64,000 nt of DNA from an uncultured Chloroflexia bacterium (GCA_963724295.1 CAVRUC010000003.1:1-64000); one strand, 5' to 3'; numbered from the stretch's first letter, positions 8,861 through 18,061 are shown. Translations and numbers: made by a program. Notes: generated by a model from the sequence alone, not told the origin.

Positions 8861-9823
8861 TCATGCCGTCAGCCAGCCTTGACGACGGCCTCGTGTCGCG
8901 AGCCAATCGCCCGTGAGGTTGAATGCCAGGATTGCCAGGGCGATGGCTACACCAGGGATCGCGGCCACCCATGGCGCCTTGAAGATCGCCTCACGACCGA
9001 GGGCCACCATTCCGCCCCAGGTAACGGTGCTGCCGCCAATGCCAAGCCCGAGAAAGCTGAGTGACGATTCATACAAGATCATCGCTCCCGCTAGCTGCGT
9101 CGCCAGAACCGCCGCCGGCGCGATCAGATTCGGCAGGAGATGCCTGACCAGCACGCGCGCCGGGGTAGCGCCGATCGATTTCGCCGATTGCATCCATTCC
9201 GCCGCGCGCAGCGATCGCGCTTGTAAACGGAGCACTCGTGCGTAGGCCACCCACCCGGTGACGATCAATGTCACGAGGACGTTGCCGACCGAGTTACCGA
9301 AGGCCGCGGTCACCGCGATGGCGAAGACGACGAACGGGATCGCCAGCTGCACGTCGCACAGCCAAATCACCACCCGGTCGATCCAGCCACCGCGATAGCC
9401 GGCGAGGATGCCGAGTGAGATCCCGATCGCGCCCGACACCAACGTGGCGGCCACGCTGACTGGCAGCGAGACCCTGGACCCGGCAATCAACCGCGCCAGG
9501 GTGTCCCGTCCCAGGTTGTCTGTCCCCAGGGGGTGAGCGCTCGTGCCGCCGAGCCCCCACGGCGGCGCCAGCCGGTTGACGAGATCTTGTGCTTCGGGGT
9601 CCACCTGCCAGAGCGACGGACCGAGCACCGCGAACACCGCCAGGGCCGCCAGGATCGAGATCCCGATCAGCGCGCTTGCGGGGGGCCACGAGGCGGGTCT
9701 CCTCGCCACAGAGTGAGGCGGCAAGGCGGAAAGTCGGAAAGTCGGAAAGGACGGAGTCTCTACTGGCCGACTTACCGCCTGCTGACTTTCCGACTCTCGA
9801 TATGGCACAGGAACGCTGCTCAC
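8861..9823 (-). CDS. Opp/Dpp-type ABC permease (DppC-like)
   Basis: HPLGTDNLGRD, EAA-like loop (QSAKSIGA..VLVRHLLPN), ESSLSFLGLG; GTG overlaps the upstream stop. Confidence 0.9.
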   Translation of the reverse strand: MSSVPVPYRESESQQAVSRPVETPSFPTFRLSALPPHSVARRPASWPPASALIGISILAALAVFAVLGPSLWQVDPEAQDLVNRLAPPWGLGGTSAHPLGTDNLGRDTLARLIAGSRVSLPVSVAATLVSGAIGISLGILAGYRGGWIDRVVIWLCDVQLAIPFVVFAIAVTAAFGNSVGNVLVTLIVTGWVAYARVLRLQARSLRAAEWMQSAKSIGATPARVLVRHLLPNLIAPAAVLATQLAGAMILYESSLSFLGLGIGGSTVTWGGMVALGREAIFKAPWVAAIPGVAIALAILAFNLTGDWLATRGRRQGWLTA

Positions 9824-10764
9824 GACGCGGCGCTCCGCAGCCCGAGCCCGTCCTCGCGAACTCGCGGATCGAGAAGGGTCGTCAGTACGTCGACGAAGAT
9901 GTTCACGACCAGGATCATCACCGCGACAACCCAGACGAACGCTTCGACCAGCGGAATATCACGCGTTGCCACGGCATCGAGCGCCAGTCCACCGATTCCG
10001 GGATACGCGAAAACCCCCTCGACGATCACCGCGCCGCCGAGCAGGAATCCGATCTGCAAACCGGTGAATGCCAGCGCCGGCAGCGCGGCGTTGCGCAGCG
10101 CGTGGCCGACCAGAATGCGTGATCGAGAGAGTCCTTTGGCCCGCGCGGTGCGGATGTAATCGGCGCCCAGCGTCTCGATCATCGACGCGCGCAGGAGCCG
10201 GGTCAGCGTCGCCGCGGGATAGGCGGCGAGGGCGAGCGCTGGCAGGATGATCGCACCGGGTCCCTCCAGTCCCGACGACGGCAGCCACTGCAGATCGACG
10301 GCGAAGAGCAGGATCAGCATCGTCCCCAGCCAGAACGCCGGAACCGCTTGTCCCAGGAGTGCGCTCAAGCGAGCCACGAGGTCCCAGAACGATCCCGGTC
10401 GTGCCGCCGCGGTCACCCCCAGCACACCCCCGATCGCTACCGCCAGGGCGGATGCCACGGCGGTCAGCGCGAGCGTCGCCGGTAGCCGCTCCAGCACGGC
10501 CCCGACCGCGGGCCGCCCCTGGCGCCAGGAATCGCCAAAGTCGCCGTGCATGGCGCCCGCGGCGAAATCGAGATACTGCTCAGGCAGCGGCCGGTCGAGT
10601 CCATAGGCGGTCCGGATCTGGCTCTTGACTTCGGGCGACGCACCGGGCGGAATCAGGCCCGCCAGCGGATCCCCGGCCAGATGCAGCAGGATGAAGGTCA
10701 CGCTGACCACGCCGAAGAGCACGGCCACGGCATGCAAAAGGCGATTGACGAGAAAACCGATCAT
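9820..10764 (-). CDS. Opp/Dpp-type ABC permease (DppB-like)
   Basis: YGLDRPLPEQY, GDFGDSW, DYIRTARAKGL, HALRNA, LLDPRVR; start trimmed to ATG 10764 because the upstream part of the ORF is the riboswitch. Confidence 0.9.
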   Translation of the reverse strand: MIGFLVNRLLHAVAVLFGVVSVTFILLHLAGDPLAGLIPPGASPEVKSQIRTAYGLDRPLPEQYLDFAAGAMHGDFGDSWRQGRPAVGAVLERLPATLALTAVASALAVAIGGVLGVTAAARPGSFWDLVARLSALLGQAVPAFWLGTMLILLFAVDLQWLPSSGLEGPGAIILPALALAAYPAATLTRLLRASMIETLGADYIRTARAKGLSRSRILVGHALRNAALPALAFTGLQIGFLLGGAVIVEGVFAYPGIGGLALDAVATRDIPLVEAFVWVVAVMILVVNIFVDVLTTLLDPRVREDGLGLRSAAS

Positions 10765-10815
10765 CGACGGCGTCCGAAGGTGGGAAGTCCCACGTCGAGA
10801 CACGGACCGCCGGGC

Positions 10816-10848
10816 ACAAAAACGCCCGGAGGGCAGAACCCCCGGGCG
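10816..10848 (-). terminator. Intrinsic terminator, expression platform of the FMN riboswitch
   Basis: Minus strand CGCCCGGGGG-TTCTG-CCCTCCGGGCG followed by TTTTTGT, between the aptamer and the first start codon. Confidence 0.8.
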
Positions 10849-10912
10849 AAGTTGACATTTTGGTAGCGCGTAACGAACGGTCGGGGCCATCCTCGGCCAC
10901 CGCCGCTCGCAC

Positions 10913-11055
10913 GCCTTCTCCCATCCGGACTGTACCGTCGGCCCCGGAATCACACCGGGTCATGCTCGCGCGACGTCGCGCGCTCGCTCGCGGGCTCTAC
11001 CGCCGGTCGGGACTTGGTCGGCATAGCTCGCCGACCTCACCACAACCCCGAAGGC
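10913..11055 (-). promoter_or_regulatory. FMN riboswitch (RFN element) with an extra hairpin in the P2 loop
   Basis: Minus strand GCCTTCGGGG...TCCCGACCGGCGGTAGAGCCCGCGA...TGACCCGGTGTGATTCCGGGGCCGACGGTACAGTCCGGATGGGAGAAGGC matches the RFN consensus; P1 = GCCTTC/GAAGGC. Confidence 0.95.
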
Positions 11056-11067
11056 TATGCGGGACGG

Positions 11068-11076
11068 AGTATAGCA
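11068..11076 (-). promoter_or_regulatory. Extended -10 promoter for the riboswitch operon
   Basis: TGCTATACT on the minus strand about 12 nt upstream of riboswitch P1. Confidence 0.65.
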
Positions 11077-11080
11077 GTCG

Positions 11081-11140
11081 TGAAGTCGGGAAGTCGGGAA
11101 GTCGGTGAGTCGGTCAGTCGAGGAGTCGAGGAGTCGAGGT
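11081..11140. repeat. Degenerate tandem octamer repeat (AGTCGGGA/AGTCGAGG)
   Basis: gaagtcgg gaagtcgg gaagtcgg tgagtcgg tcagtcga ggagtcga ggagtcga. Confidence 0.8.
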
Positions 11141-11232
11141 AGTTCTCCTCACCCCGAGGAAGGTACGCCTCCGTTACTCCCTTCACCCCCTGTGCGAAGC
11201 GACTCCCCCTGAGGCGAAGCCGGCTCCCCCTC

Positions 11233-12222
11233 TCACCCCGGCCAGCGCAACTTCGGAATCACCTTCTCTCCGTAGAGCTGGATGAACGGCTCCTGATCGC
11301 GGCCGACGTTGTGGACGTAGATCTCGCCGAAGCCGAGGTCGATGAAATGTTGCAGGTAGGCCACGTGCTCGTCCGGATCAGAGGCGATCAGCACGCGGTT
11401 CTTGTAGTTGTCCGGGCGGACGAGCTTGGCCATGGCTTCGAAGTCTTCGGGCTCGCGGATATCGCCCTTGGGAAACGCCATCCCGCCGTTCGGCCAGTCG
11501 CGCACGGCCGCCTCGGTCGCCTCCTCCACCGTTGGCGCGTAGGAGACCTTGACCTGCAGGATCTTCGGCATCGTGGCCGGATCTTTGCCGGCCTCGCGGG
11601 CGCCGGTCTCGTAGCGCTCGACCAGCATCTTCAGCTTCTCGTCCGCCGCCCCGACGGTGATCAGCCCGTCGGTAAACTTGCCGGTGCGGTAGGCCATGAT
11701 CGGACCTGACGTCGCGACGTAGATCGGCGGCGGGGTGGCTGGCATCGTCCAGAGCCGGGCGCTCTCCATGGTGAAGTGCGTGCCGCGATGCTTGACTTTC
11801 TTCCCGGTGAAGAGCTTGCCAATCATCTCGATCGACTCCATCAGCCGTTCCAGCCGGACCGGCGCCTCGGGCCAGTACTCGCCCACGATGTGCTCGTTGA
11901 GCGCTTCGCCGGCGCCGAGTCCCAGGTAAAATCGGCCGGGGAACATCTCCTCCAGCGTCGCCGCCGCCTGGGCGATGATCGCCGGGTGGTAGCGGTATCC
12001 CGGCGGCGTCACTCCCGGACCGAAGCGGACGTTCGTGGTTGCGCCCAGAGCCGCCATGAACGACCAGACGAAGCCCGACTCCCCTTGTGAGGGAACCCAG
12101 GGATTGAAATGGTCCGAGGCCATCACGGCGGCGAATCCCTGGTCCTCCGCCTGCTGGCAGTATCTGAGCAGCGCGCTCGGCGCGAACTGCTCCATCGACG
12201 CCGCGTAGCCAACCGTTCCCAT
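11233..12222 (-). CDS. LLM-class F420-dependent oxidoreductase (G6PDH/Fgd-like family)
   Basis: GYAASMEQF, SDHFNPW, RYHPAIIAQAAATL, GLGAGEALNEH. Confidence 0.9.
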   Translation of the reverse strand: MGTVGYAASMEQFAPSALLRYCQQAEDQGFAAVMASDHFNPWVPSQGESGFVWSFMAALGATTNVRFGPGVTPPGYRYHPAIIAQAAATLEEMFPGRFYLGLGAGEALNEHIVGEYWPEAPVRLERLMESIEMIGKLFTGKKVKHRGTHFTMESARLWTMPATPPPIYVATSGPIMAYRTGKFTDGLITVGAADEKLKMLVERYETGAREAGKDPATMPKILQVKVSYAPTVEEATEAAVRDWPNGGMAFPKGDIREPEDFEAMAKLVRPDNYKNRVLIASDPDEHVAYLQHFIDLGFGEIYVHNVGRDQEPFIQLYGEKVIPKLRWPG

Positions 12223-12266
12223 CGCCCCCACCTTTCCGCTGTCTTGACCGCGTTGTATCGCTGCTC

Positions 12267-13043
12267 TTATCGAAACAAGTCCCGCTCCGGCGCCATGATC
12301 AGATCACGCCCCGACCCAGGATCGCCGGGCAACGGCGACCGGTAGCCGCGCACGATCGCCACCGGCCGCCCGGCCAGTTTGTGCATCACCAGCTCGGCCG
12401 CGGCGGCCACTTCGTCCGCGACCGCCAGGATTGACGCCGATAGCTCGTAGCCTGCCGAATCCGTCTCTCCACGATAGTCGACCAACGGCGCCATGCCGCT
12501 GACGCCAATTGCGACGTTGACGATGCCGTTGCGCCACGGTCGGCCGAACGAATCACTGACGATCACGGCGCACCCGTCACCATCGTCCAGGGCGAATCGC
12601 CGGCGCAGCGCCTCGCGCAGGTTCGCCGCCGACGCATCGGGATCCTTCGGAAGCAGCACCACCCCGTCCTGGGAGGCGTTCGAGGCATCGACCCCCGCGT
12701 TGGCACAGATGAACCCATGCGCTGTCTCGGCGATGATCAGCCCATTCTGCATGCGCACGATACGCCGTGCTTCACGCAGCACGATCTCGATCTTGCGCGG
12801 ATCCTTGTCCCACCGCTCGCCAAACTCGGTCGCCAGAGGCGAAGGCGTTATCGTGCGCAGGTCGACGATCTGACCCTCGGCCTTGCAGACGATTTTGTGG
12901 GTAACGACGACGATGTCGCCTAGCTCGAGTCGTTCCCCTGACGCCGCGATTCCATCCCCGATCAGCGACGCCAGATCGTCGTCGGGCGCCACCTCAGGCA
13001 GCCCGCCGATACCGATGACCCGGACCTCACCGCCGTCACTCAC
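12267..13043 (-). CDS. cofE: Coenzyme F420-0:L-glutamate ligase, stand-alone (no nitroreductase domain)
   Basis: GLPEV, THKIVCKAEG, GFICANAGVDASN, LLPKDPDASA, SDSFGRPWRNG, DLFR end; GTG start overlaps the cofC stop. Confidence 0.93.
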   Translation of the reverse strand: MSDGGEVRVIGIGGLPEVAPDDDLASLIGDGIAASGERLELGDIVVVTHKIVCKAEGQIVDLRTITPSPLATEFGERWDKDPRKIEIVLREARRIVRMQNGLIIAETAHGFICANAGVDASNASQDGVVLLPKDPDASAANLREALRRRFALDDGDGCAVIVSDSFGRPWRNGIVNVAIGVSGMAPLVDYRGETDSAGYELSASILAVADEVAAAAELVMHKLAGRPVAIVRGYRSPLPGDPGSGRDLIMAPERDLFR

Positions 13044-13714
13044 CCGAGGCTCGCGGCGCATGCCGCTTGGGGCAACCCGTCCGCGCCCAGGCAGTCCGTC
13101 GTCACATGCACCTGCAGGAAGTCCGACCAATCATCCGGCGAATCGAGATCGAATGCGATCCCGGGCGCGTCGTGCATCGCGGCGTTCAGCTTGAGCCGCC
13201 GGGCCTCTTCGAGGTGCTTGGCCAGGCTTCCGTCACCGAACGCGAACCTGAACTCTGGTCCCCGCCCAGCCAGCCGCAGGAGGAGGGCGTTGGTGCCCTC
13301 GCCGCGGCGGTCAGGGCCGAGCACAACCGGTTCCGTCCGGGCTACCAGGCCGCGGATATCGTCAGGCTCAATCAATGGCAGATCAGCGAACAGCGAGACC
13401 AGGACCGACGCACCGTGGTCCAATGCCCACGCCCGGCCGGTTTCGATAGCCCCGTTGAGACCGGCCCTGTCTTCCGGCTGCGGCATCGCGACGACCGCCG
13501 GCCCGAATCCCGCGGCCCAGGCCAGCGTCTCTGCTTCGGGGCTGACGACGAGAATCGTCTCGATCCGGCCGGAATCAACCGCGGCGGTGACGACTCGATC
13601 GGCAATGCCACGGAGCAGGGTCTCCCGCGCCTCCCCACCGAGCACCGGGGACAAACGCGTCTTGCCGTGTCGCAATGACCGGATTGGAACGACGGCGACG
13701 ATCCGCTCGTTCAC
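13040..13714 (-). CDS. cofC: PEP/2-phospholactate guanylyltransferase (CofC/FbiD)
   Basis: AVVPIRSL..GKTRLSPVL, GLNGA, ADLPL, GPDRRGEGTNAL, FGDGSL..H, DLDSPDD. Confidence 0.92.
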   Translation of the reverse strand: MNERIVAVVPIRSLRHGKTRLSPVLGGEARETLLRGIADRVVTAAVDSGRIETILVVSPEAETLAWAAGFGPAVVAMPQPEDRAGLNGAIETGRAWALDHGASVLVSLFADLPLIEPDDIRGLVARTEPVVLGPDRRGEGTNALLLRLAGRGPEFRFAFGDGSLAKHLEEARRLKLNAAMHDAPGIAFDLDSPDDWSDFLQVHVTTDCLGADGLPQAACAASLG

Positions 13715-14664
13715 CGCGCCGCCGTCCGCTCCCGAGCCTGTTCGGCCGCGAAATCGAGAACTTCAGCCGCCAGACGTCGTCGATCCACTTCGTCGCCCAT
13801 CACTGTCGCGGTCACCAGGACTCGAGGACCAGTCAGCTCGATGGCCGGCGCCAGCTCACGATCGATCTCGTCGACGACCAGCCCGTCGATCACCTCGGCG
13901 TAGAGCCGTGCCACGCCGAGCGGCGAAACCTCGTGACCCAGCGTCGCCAGCATCTGCGCCGCGGGACCCTTCAGCGCGCGGCCGCCGACGATGGGGCTGA
14001 CCGCCACGATTGGCGCCGGAGTCTCGTCTAGCGCCTCGCGCATGCCCGGGGTCTCCAGGATCGGAGCAACGCTGACGATTGGATTCGACGGGGCGATAAC
14101 CACCGCCTCCGCCTCGCGGATGGCGGCCAGCGCGTCAGGATGCGCCGTCGCTCGCTCGATCCCGGCGAAGCTCACGCCCAGGACGTCGTCGCTCTGCCGG
14201 CGTCCGACAAAGTAATCCTGGAACTCGAGCGTCCCCTGCGGGGTGTCGACCAGGGTCGCGACCCGATCGTCCGTCATCGGCACGATCCGGCTTCGGATAC
14301 CAAGGGCGCGGGAGAGCTCCGTCGTGACCGCCGAGAGCGGCCTTCCCGCCCGCAGCCGCGTGGTGCGCAAGATATGCGTGGCGAAGTCCTGGTCCCCGAG
14401 CAGGAACCACGGCTCCTCACCGTAGCGAGCGATGGCATCGAGTGTGTTTCGGGTGTCTCCCGCAACGCCCCAGCCGTTGACCGGATCGGCAATCCCAGCC
14501 AGGGTGTACATCACCGTGTCGAGGTCAGGAGAGATACACAGCCCGTACAGCTGGAAATCGTCGGCGGTGTTGACCACGACGGTCAGGTCGCCGGGCGGCA
14601 GCGCCGCCTGTAAACCCTGCGCCATCTTGGCGCCACCGACGCCCCCCGCCAGCACGACGATCAC
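13711..14664 (-). CDS. cofD: LPPG/EPPG:Fo transferase (CofD/FbiA)
   Basis: LAGGVGGAK, NTADD, ISPDLDTVMYTLAG, WFLLGDQD, FQDYFV, PSNPIVS, ALKGPA. Confidence 0.95.
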   Translation of the reverse strand: MIVVLAGGVGGAKMAQGLQAALPPGDLTVVVNTADDFQLYGLCISPDLDTVMYTLAGIADPVNGWGVAGDTRNTLDAIARYGEEPWFLLGDQDFATHILRTTRLRAGRPLSAVTTELSRALGIRSRIVPMTDDRVATLVDTPQGTLEFQDYFVGRRQSDDVLGVSFAGIERATAHPDALAAIREAEAVVIAPSNPIVSVAPILETPGMREALDETPAPIVAVSPIVGGRALKGPAAQMLATLGHEVSPLGVARLYAEVIDGLVVDEIDRELAPAIELTGPRVLVTATVMGDEVDRRRLAAEVLDFAAEQARERTAAR

Positions 14665-14667
14665 CGG

Positions 14668-15087
14668 TCACTCCTCGCCGTCGAACCCGTGGACATCCGC
14701 GCGCTCGATATGGAGCAGAAGCGTTACCCGCTCCTGGGGAGCGAACACCTCCCGCGCCATCCGTTCCGCCTCCTCAGCGTCGTGGTAGCGCCGGGCCAGG
14801 GCCGCGATGTCTGCCTGCGCTGTTGCCGGGTCCTCCACAAGTTCGATGACGCCCTCGAGCGTGAGGTAACGGAATCCATCTTCGACGCACAGGGAGGCTC
14901 GCGGGTCGCGAAGGAGGTTTCGGTCCTTCTTGCGGCCACGTTTGGTGTTCATGACGATGGTGTCGCCGCGCCGCTCGTACCACATCACCGTCTGCTGCGG
15001 GCTGCCGTTGGCGTTCACCGTGGCCAGTACCGCGAAGCGCTCCTCTTCGAGAAACGCCCGTACATCGTCCCTGAGCTGCAAGTGCAC
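14668..15087 (-). CDS. PPOX-class F420-dependent oxidoreductase (FDOR, split beta-barrel)
   Basis: FAVLATVNANGSPQQTVMWY..NT..GRKK.RNL.RDPRASLCV; GTG start after AAGGGAG. Confidence 0.88.
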   Translation of the reverse strand: MHLQLRDDVRAFLEEERFAVLATVNANGSPQQTVMWYERRGDTIVMNTKRGRKKDRNLLRDPRASLCVEDGFRYLTLEGVIELVEDPATAQADIAALARRYHDAEEAERMAREVFAPQERVTLLLHIERADVHGFDGEE

Positions 15088-15209
15088 GAAGACTCCCTTC
15101 ACCGGTCACACACAGATGCCGCAGTCTACTCAGCACCGTCAAGCGGGACGAGCGTCGAGACCTGGATATACTTGCGTCACACAAACCTCCGCCCACCCCG
15201 AGGTGATCG

Positions 15210-16739
15210 ATGCCGTCCGTTTCCCTGGCAGTCGACCGCGCGCCGTTGATTGTCGCGCTCGACGCGGGGACGTCGTCAGTGCGAGCACTCGCGTTCGACA
15301 ACCTCGGTCAGGCGATCGGCGAGACCGAGGAGCAGCTCCCCTACCGGCTGGAGACGACACCGGACGGCGGCGCCACCTTCCCGGCTGAATCGTTGTTCGA
15401 TCTGACCGTGAAGGCCATCGACGAGGTCTTCGCGCGCCTCGGCGATGCGGCCGCTGGCGTCGCGGCCGTGGGCAGCACCTCGTTCTGGCACAGCCTGATG
15501 GGGATCGACGCCACCGGCACGCCGACCACCCCGGTCTTCTACTGGGCAGACACTCGCTCCGCGCCTGAGGCGACAAAGCTTCGTGCCCAGCTCGAGCCGG
15601 ACACCATCTGGCAGCGGACGGGCTGTCGTCTCCATTCATCGTACTGGCCGGCCAAGCTGCGCTGGCTGCGACGCACCGATCCGGACGCGTTTCGCCGCAC
15701 AACCCGCTGGCTCTCCTTTGCCGAGTACGCCCTCGGTCGCCTCTGCCAGGACGAAGCGGGCGCGGCCACCTTCTGTATGGCCTCAGGAACCGGGCTCCTC
15801 GACGTGCACGCGATGATTTGGGACGCCGAGATGCTCGAGGTATCGGGAATCGACGCCGATCGCCTTTCACCGCTGGTCGATCTCGGTCCCCCCGGCTGCC
15901 TGCAGCCGGACTTCGCCAATCGCTGGCCGGCGCTCGCGGATGCCGACTGGTTTCCCGCACTCGGCGATGGCGCCTGCGCCAACGTCGGCAGCGGTGCGAC
16001 GGGTCCCGCCCGCATCGCGCTCACCGTCGGCACCTCAGCCGCCGTGCGCATGATCCTGCCGCGAGCCCCGGATCAGCATTGGACCGTTCCGGAGGGACTC
16101 TGGGCCTACCGGCTCGACCGTGACCGCGCCGTCCTGGGTGGCGCGCTCTCCAACGGCGGCAACCTGCTGCGCTGGATCTGGAACACCACCGGCGCCGACC
16201 GGGATGACGAGACGACCGCGGCGGCCGCCGCGCTGGCCCCGGACTCTACCGGTCTGACCTTCCTGCCCTTTCTCGCCGGAGAGCGATCGCCCGGCTGGCA
16301 CGACGACGCCTCCGGGGTCATCGCTGGACTCACCCTGTCCACACGACCGGAGCATCTCATCCGAGCCGGCATGGAGTCGGTCGCCTACAGACTTGCCGGC
16401 GTCTATGACGCCTTGCGGCCGCTGGCCTCCTCCGAGCATGAGATCGTCGCGTCCGGCGGCGCCATCCTCGTCATGCCCTCCTGGCTCCAGGTCACGGCTG
16501 ACGCGCTCGGTCACACCCTGATCGCCTCGACGCCAGGCGACGAAAGCACCGCCCGGGGCGCCGCGCTCATGGCGGCGGCTGCGGCCGGAATTTTCCCTGC
16601 CGTCGACACGATCTCTGACGTCACCGGCGAAGCTTCGCGGTACGTTCCCGACATGGCAAACCACGAGCGCTACCGTGCCGGCCGGGCCCGCCAGGCGCGG
16701 CTCGAGCAAGCGCTGGTTCTCACTGGAGAATTCGTCTGA
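15210..16739 (+). CDS. gntK: Gluconokinase, FGGY carbohydrate kinase family
   Basis: DAGTSSVRA, FWHSL, WADTRS, RTGC..HSSYWPAKL, GDGACANVGSG, FLPFLAGERSPGW. Confidence 0.8.
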   Translation: MPSVSLAVDRAPLIVALDAGTSSVRALAFDNLGQAIGETEEQLPYRLETTPDGGATFPAESLFDLTVKAIDEVFARLGDAAAGVAAVGSTSFWHSLMGIDATGTPTTPVFYWADTRSAPEATKLRAQLEPDTIWQRTGCRLHSSYWPAKLRWLRRTDPDAFRRTTRWLSFAEYALGRLCQDEAGAATFCMASGTGLLDVHAMIWDAEMLEVSGIDADRLSPLVDLGPPGCLQPDFANRWPALADADWFPALGDGACANVGSGATGPARIALTVGTSAAVRMILPRAPDQHWTVPEGLWAYRLDRDRAVLGGALSNGGNLLRWIWNTTGADRDDETTAAAAALAPDSTGLTFLPFLAGERSPGWHDDASGVIAGLTLSTRPEHLIRAGMESVAYRLAGVYDALRPLASSEHEIVASGGAILVMPSWLQVTADALGHTLIASTPGDESTARGAALMAAAAAGIFPAVDTISDVTGEASRYVPDMANHERYRAGRARQARLEQALVLTGEFV

Positions 16740-17542
16740 TGCAACCGCTGTTGGCACTCTTCGCCCATCCGGACGACGAGACATTTGGTGCCGCCGGGGT
16801 CATGGCCGCGGCAGTCGAGCGCGGTGTGCCGGTCACGGTCATCAGTGCGACCCGCGGCGAGGCCGGGGAAAGCTCCATCGCCGGTCTCGACGACCCCGAG
16901 CACCTCGGTGTGGTCCGCGAACAGGAGCTGCGCGAGGCGATGCGACAGATCGGCGTATCGGACGTTCGCCTGCTCGGGTATCGTGACTCCGGGATGGCCG
17001 GATCTCCGTCAGCGGAGGATCCCCAGGCGTTCATTCGCGCGCCAGTCGAGACCGTAGCCGCCAGGCTCGCATCGCACATCCGCTCGATCCGCCCGCACGT
17101 CATCCTCACATTCGGTCCCGAGGGTCTCTACGGGCACCCGGACCATCTGCACATGCACCACGTTGCGCTTCGTGCCATCGAGCTTGCCGCCGATCCCTCG
17201 CACCAGGATCGGGGCGGCTCCGAGCCATGGCAGACGCCCGTTCTCTATTTTGCGGCGTTCCCCCGCGAGGAGATGCTCGCCTTGCTCGATCGACCGAACA
17301 GCCCGCTGAGATCCCTGCCGGCGGAAGCCCGGGCGAATCTCGGCACGCCGCGATCCGAAATCACGCATACGATCGATATCACGTCCTGGGCGGACAGGAA
17401 GCGCGCCGCCATCGCCGCCCATCGCACCCAGACTGCTGAAGGTGGGCCGCTGGCGGGTATTCCACCGGAAGTTCGTGAATGGCAGCTCTTGCAAGAGTAT
17501 TACGTCCGGGTCGCCGCTTCCCTGGTCTTCGTCCGACACTAG
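16739..17542 (+). CDS. PIG-L family deacetylase (MshB/Mca-like)
   Basis: AHPDDE, TRGEAGE, LGYRDSGM, YGHPDH, AHRTQ. Confidence 0.88.
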   Translation: MQPLLALFAHPDDETFGAAGVMAAAVERGVPVTVISATRGEAGESSIAGLDDPEHLGVVREQELREAMRQIGVSDVRLLGYRDSGMAGSPSAEDPQAFIRAPVETVAARLASHIRSIRPHVILTFGPEGLYGHPDHLHMHHVALRAIELAADPSHQDRGGSEPWQTPVLYFAAFPREEMLALLDRPNSPLRSLPAEARANLGTPRSEITHTIDITSWADRKRAAIAAHRTQTAEGGPLAGIPPEVREWQLLQEYYVRVAASLVFVRH

Positions 17543-17802
17543 CGCCGCGAGCGACATCATCGCGCTGCTCGCGGCCGAGCAGAATCCGGGCTAATCTGCC
17601 CAAGTCCACCCCGACACTCTTGGTGCCGCGCGCCTAACGACCTCTTGCTCGCGGCGGCGTAGGATCAACTCACCGTCAGACGCGCGAGCGCCGGCTATGA
17701 CCTTTCGCGCCTTCACTGCTATGAAGCGGATCCAGATGAACGAACCGACCAATCACCCCCATTGCCCGGCACGCTGTCGCGAGTCCAACCGCGAATCTCT
17801 TC

Positions 17803-18036
17803 ATGTGGCGCGGCAACGGCATCGTCCTCATCGGGACCTATGACGACAATCGCTGGGTCCTCGCCCGGGCATGGCTCCAGGGCGACCGGCTGGAACACGT
17901 CCGCCGCTGGTCATTCGCCCAACCGATTCGCTTCTCCAGGCAAGTCCGCCGCCTGATCACAGAGGCGAACGACAACGTCGCACTCGCCCACGACGAAGGT
18001 CTGCGCGCCCTGGCCTGGGCCGAAGCCGCCTCCTGA
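17803..18036 (+). CDS. Small hypothetical protein; the true start may lie upstream (ATG 17721/17736) across a frameshift in the C-run at ~17756-17760
   Basis: Host-like codon usage; the frame stays open upstream to a stop at 17737. Confidence 0.45.
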   Translation: MWRGNGIVLIGTYDDNRWVLARAWLQGDRLEHVRRWSFAQPIRFSRQVRRLITEANDNVALAHDEGLRALAWAEAAS

Positions 18037-18061
18037 GACGTCCCTGCCCTGACGCCGCTCG

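Noticed and set aside
11081..11140. CRISPR array (also considered 25561-25663 and 45879-45912)
   Set aside because: Short tandem units without unique spacers; no cas genes in the window.
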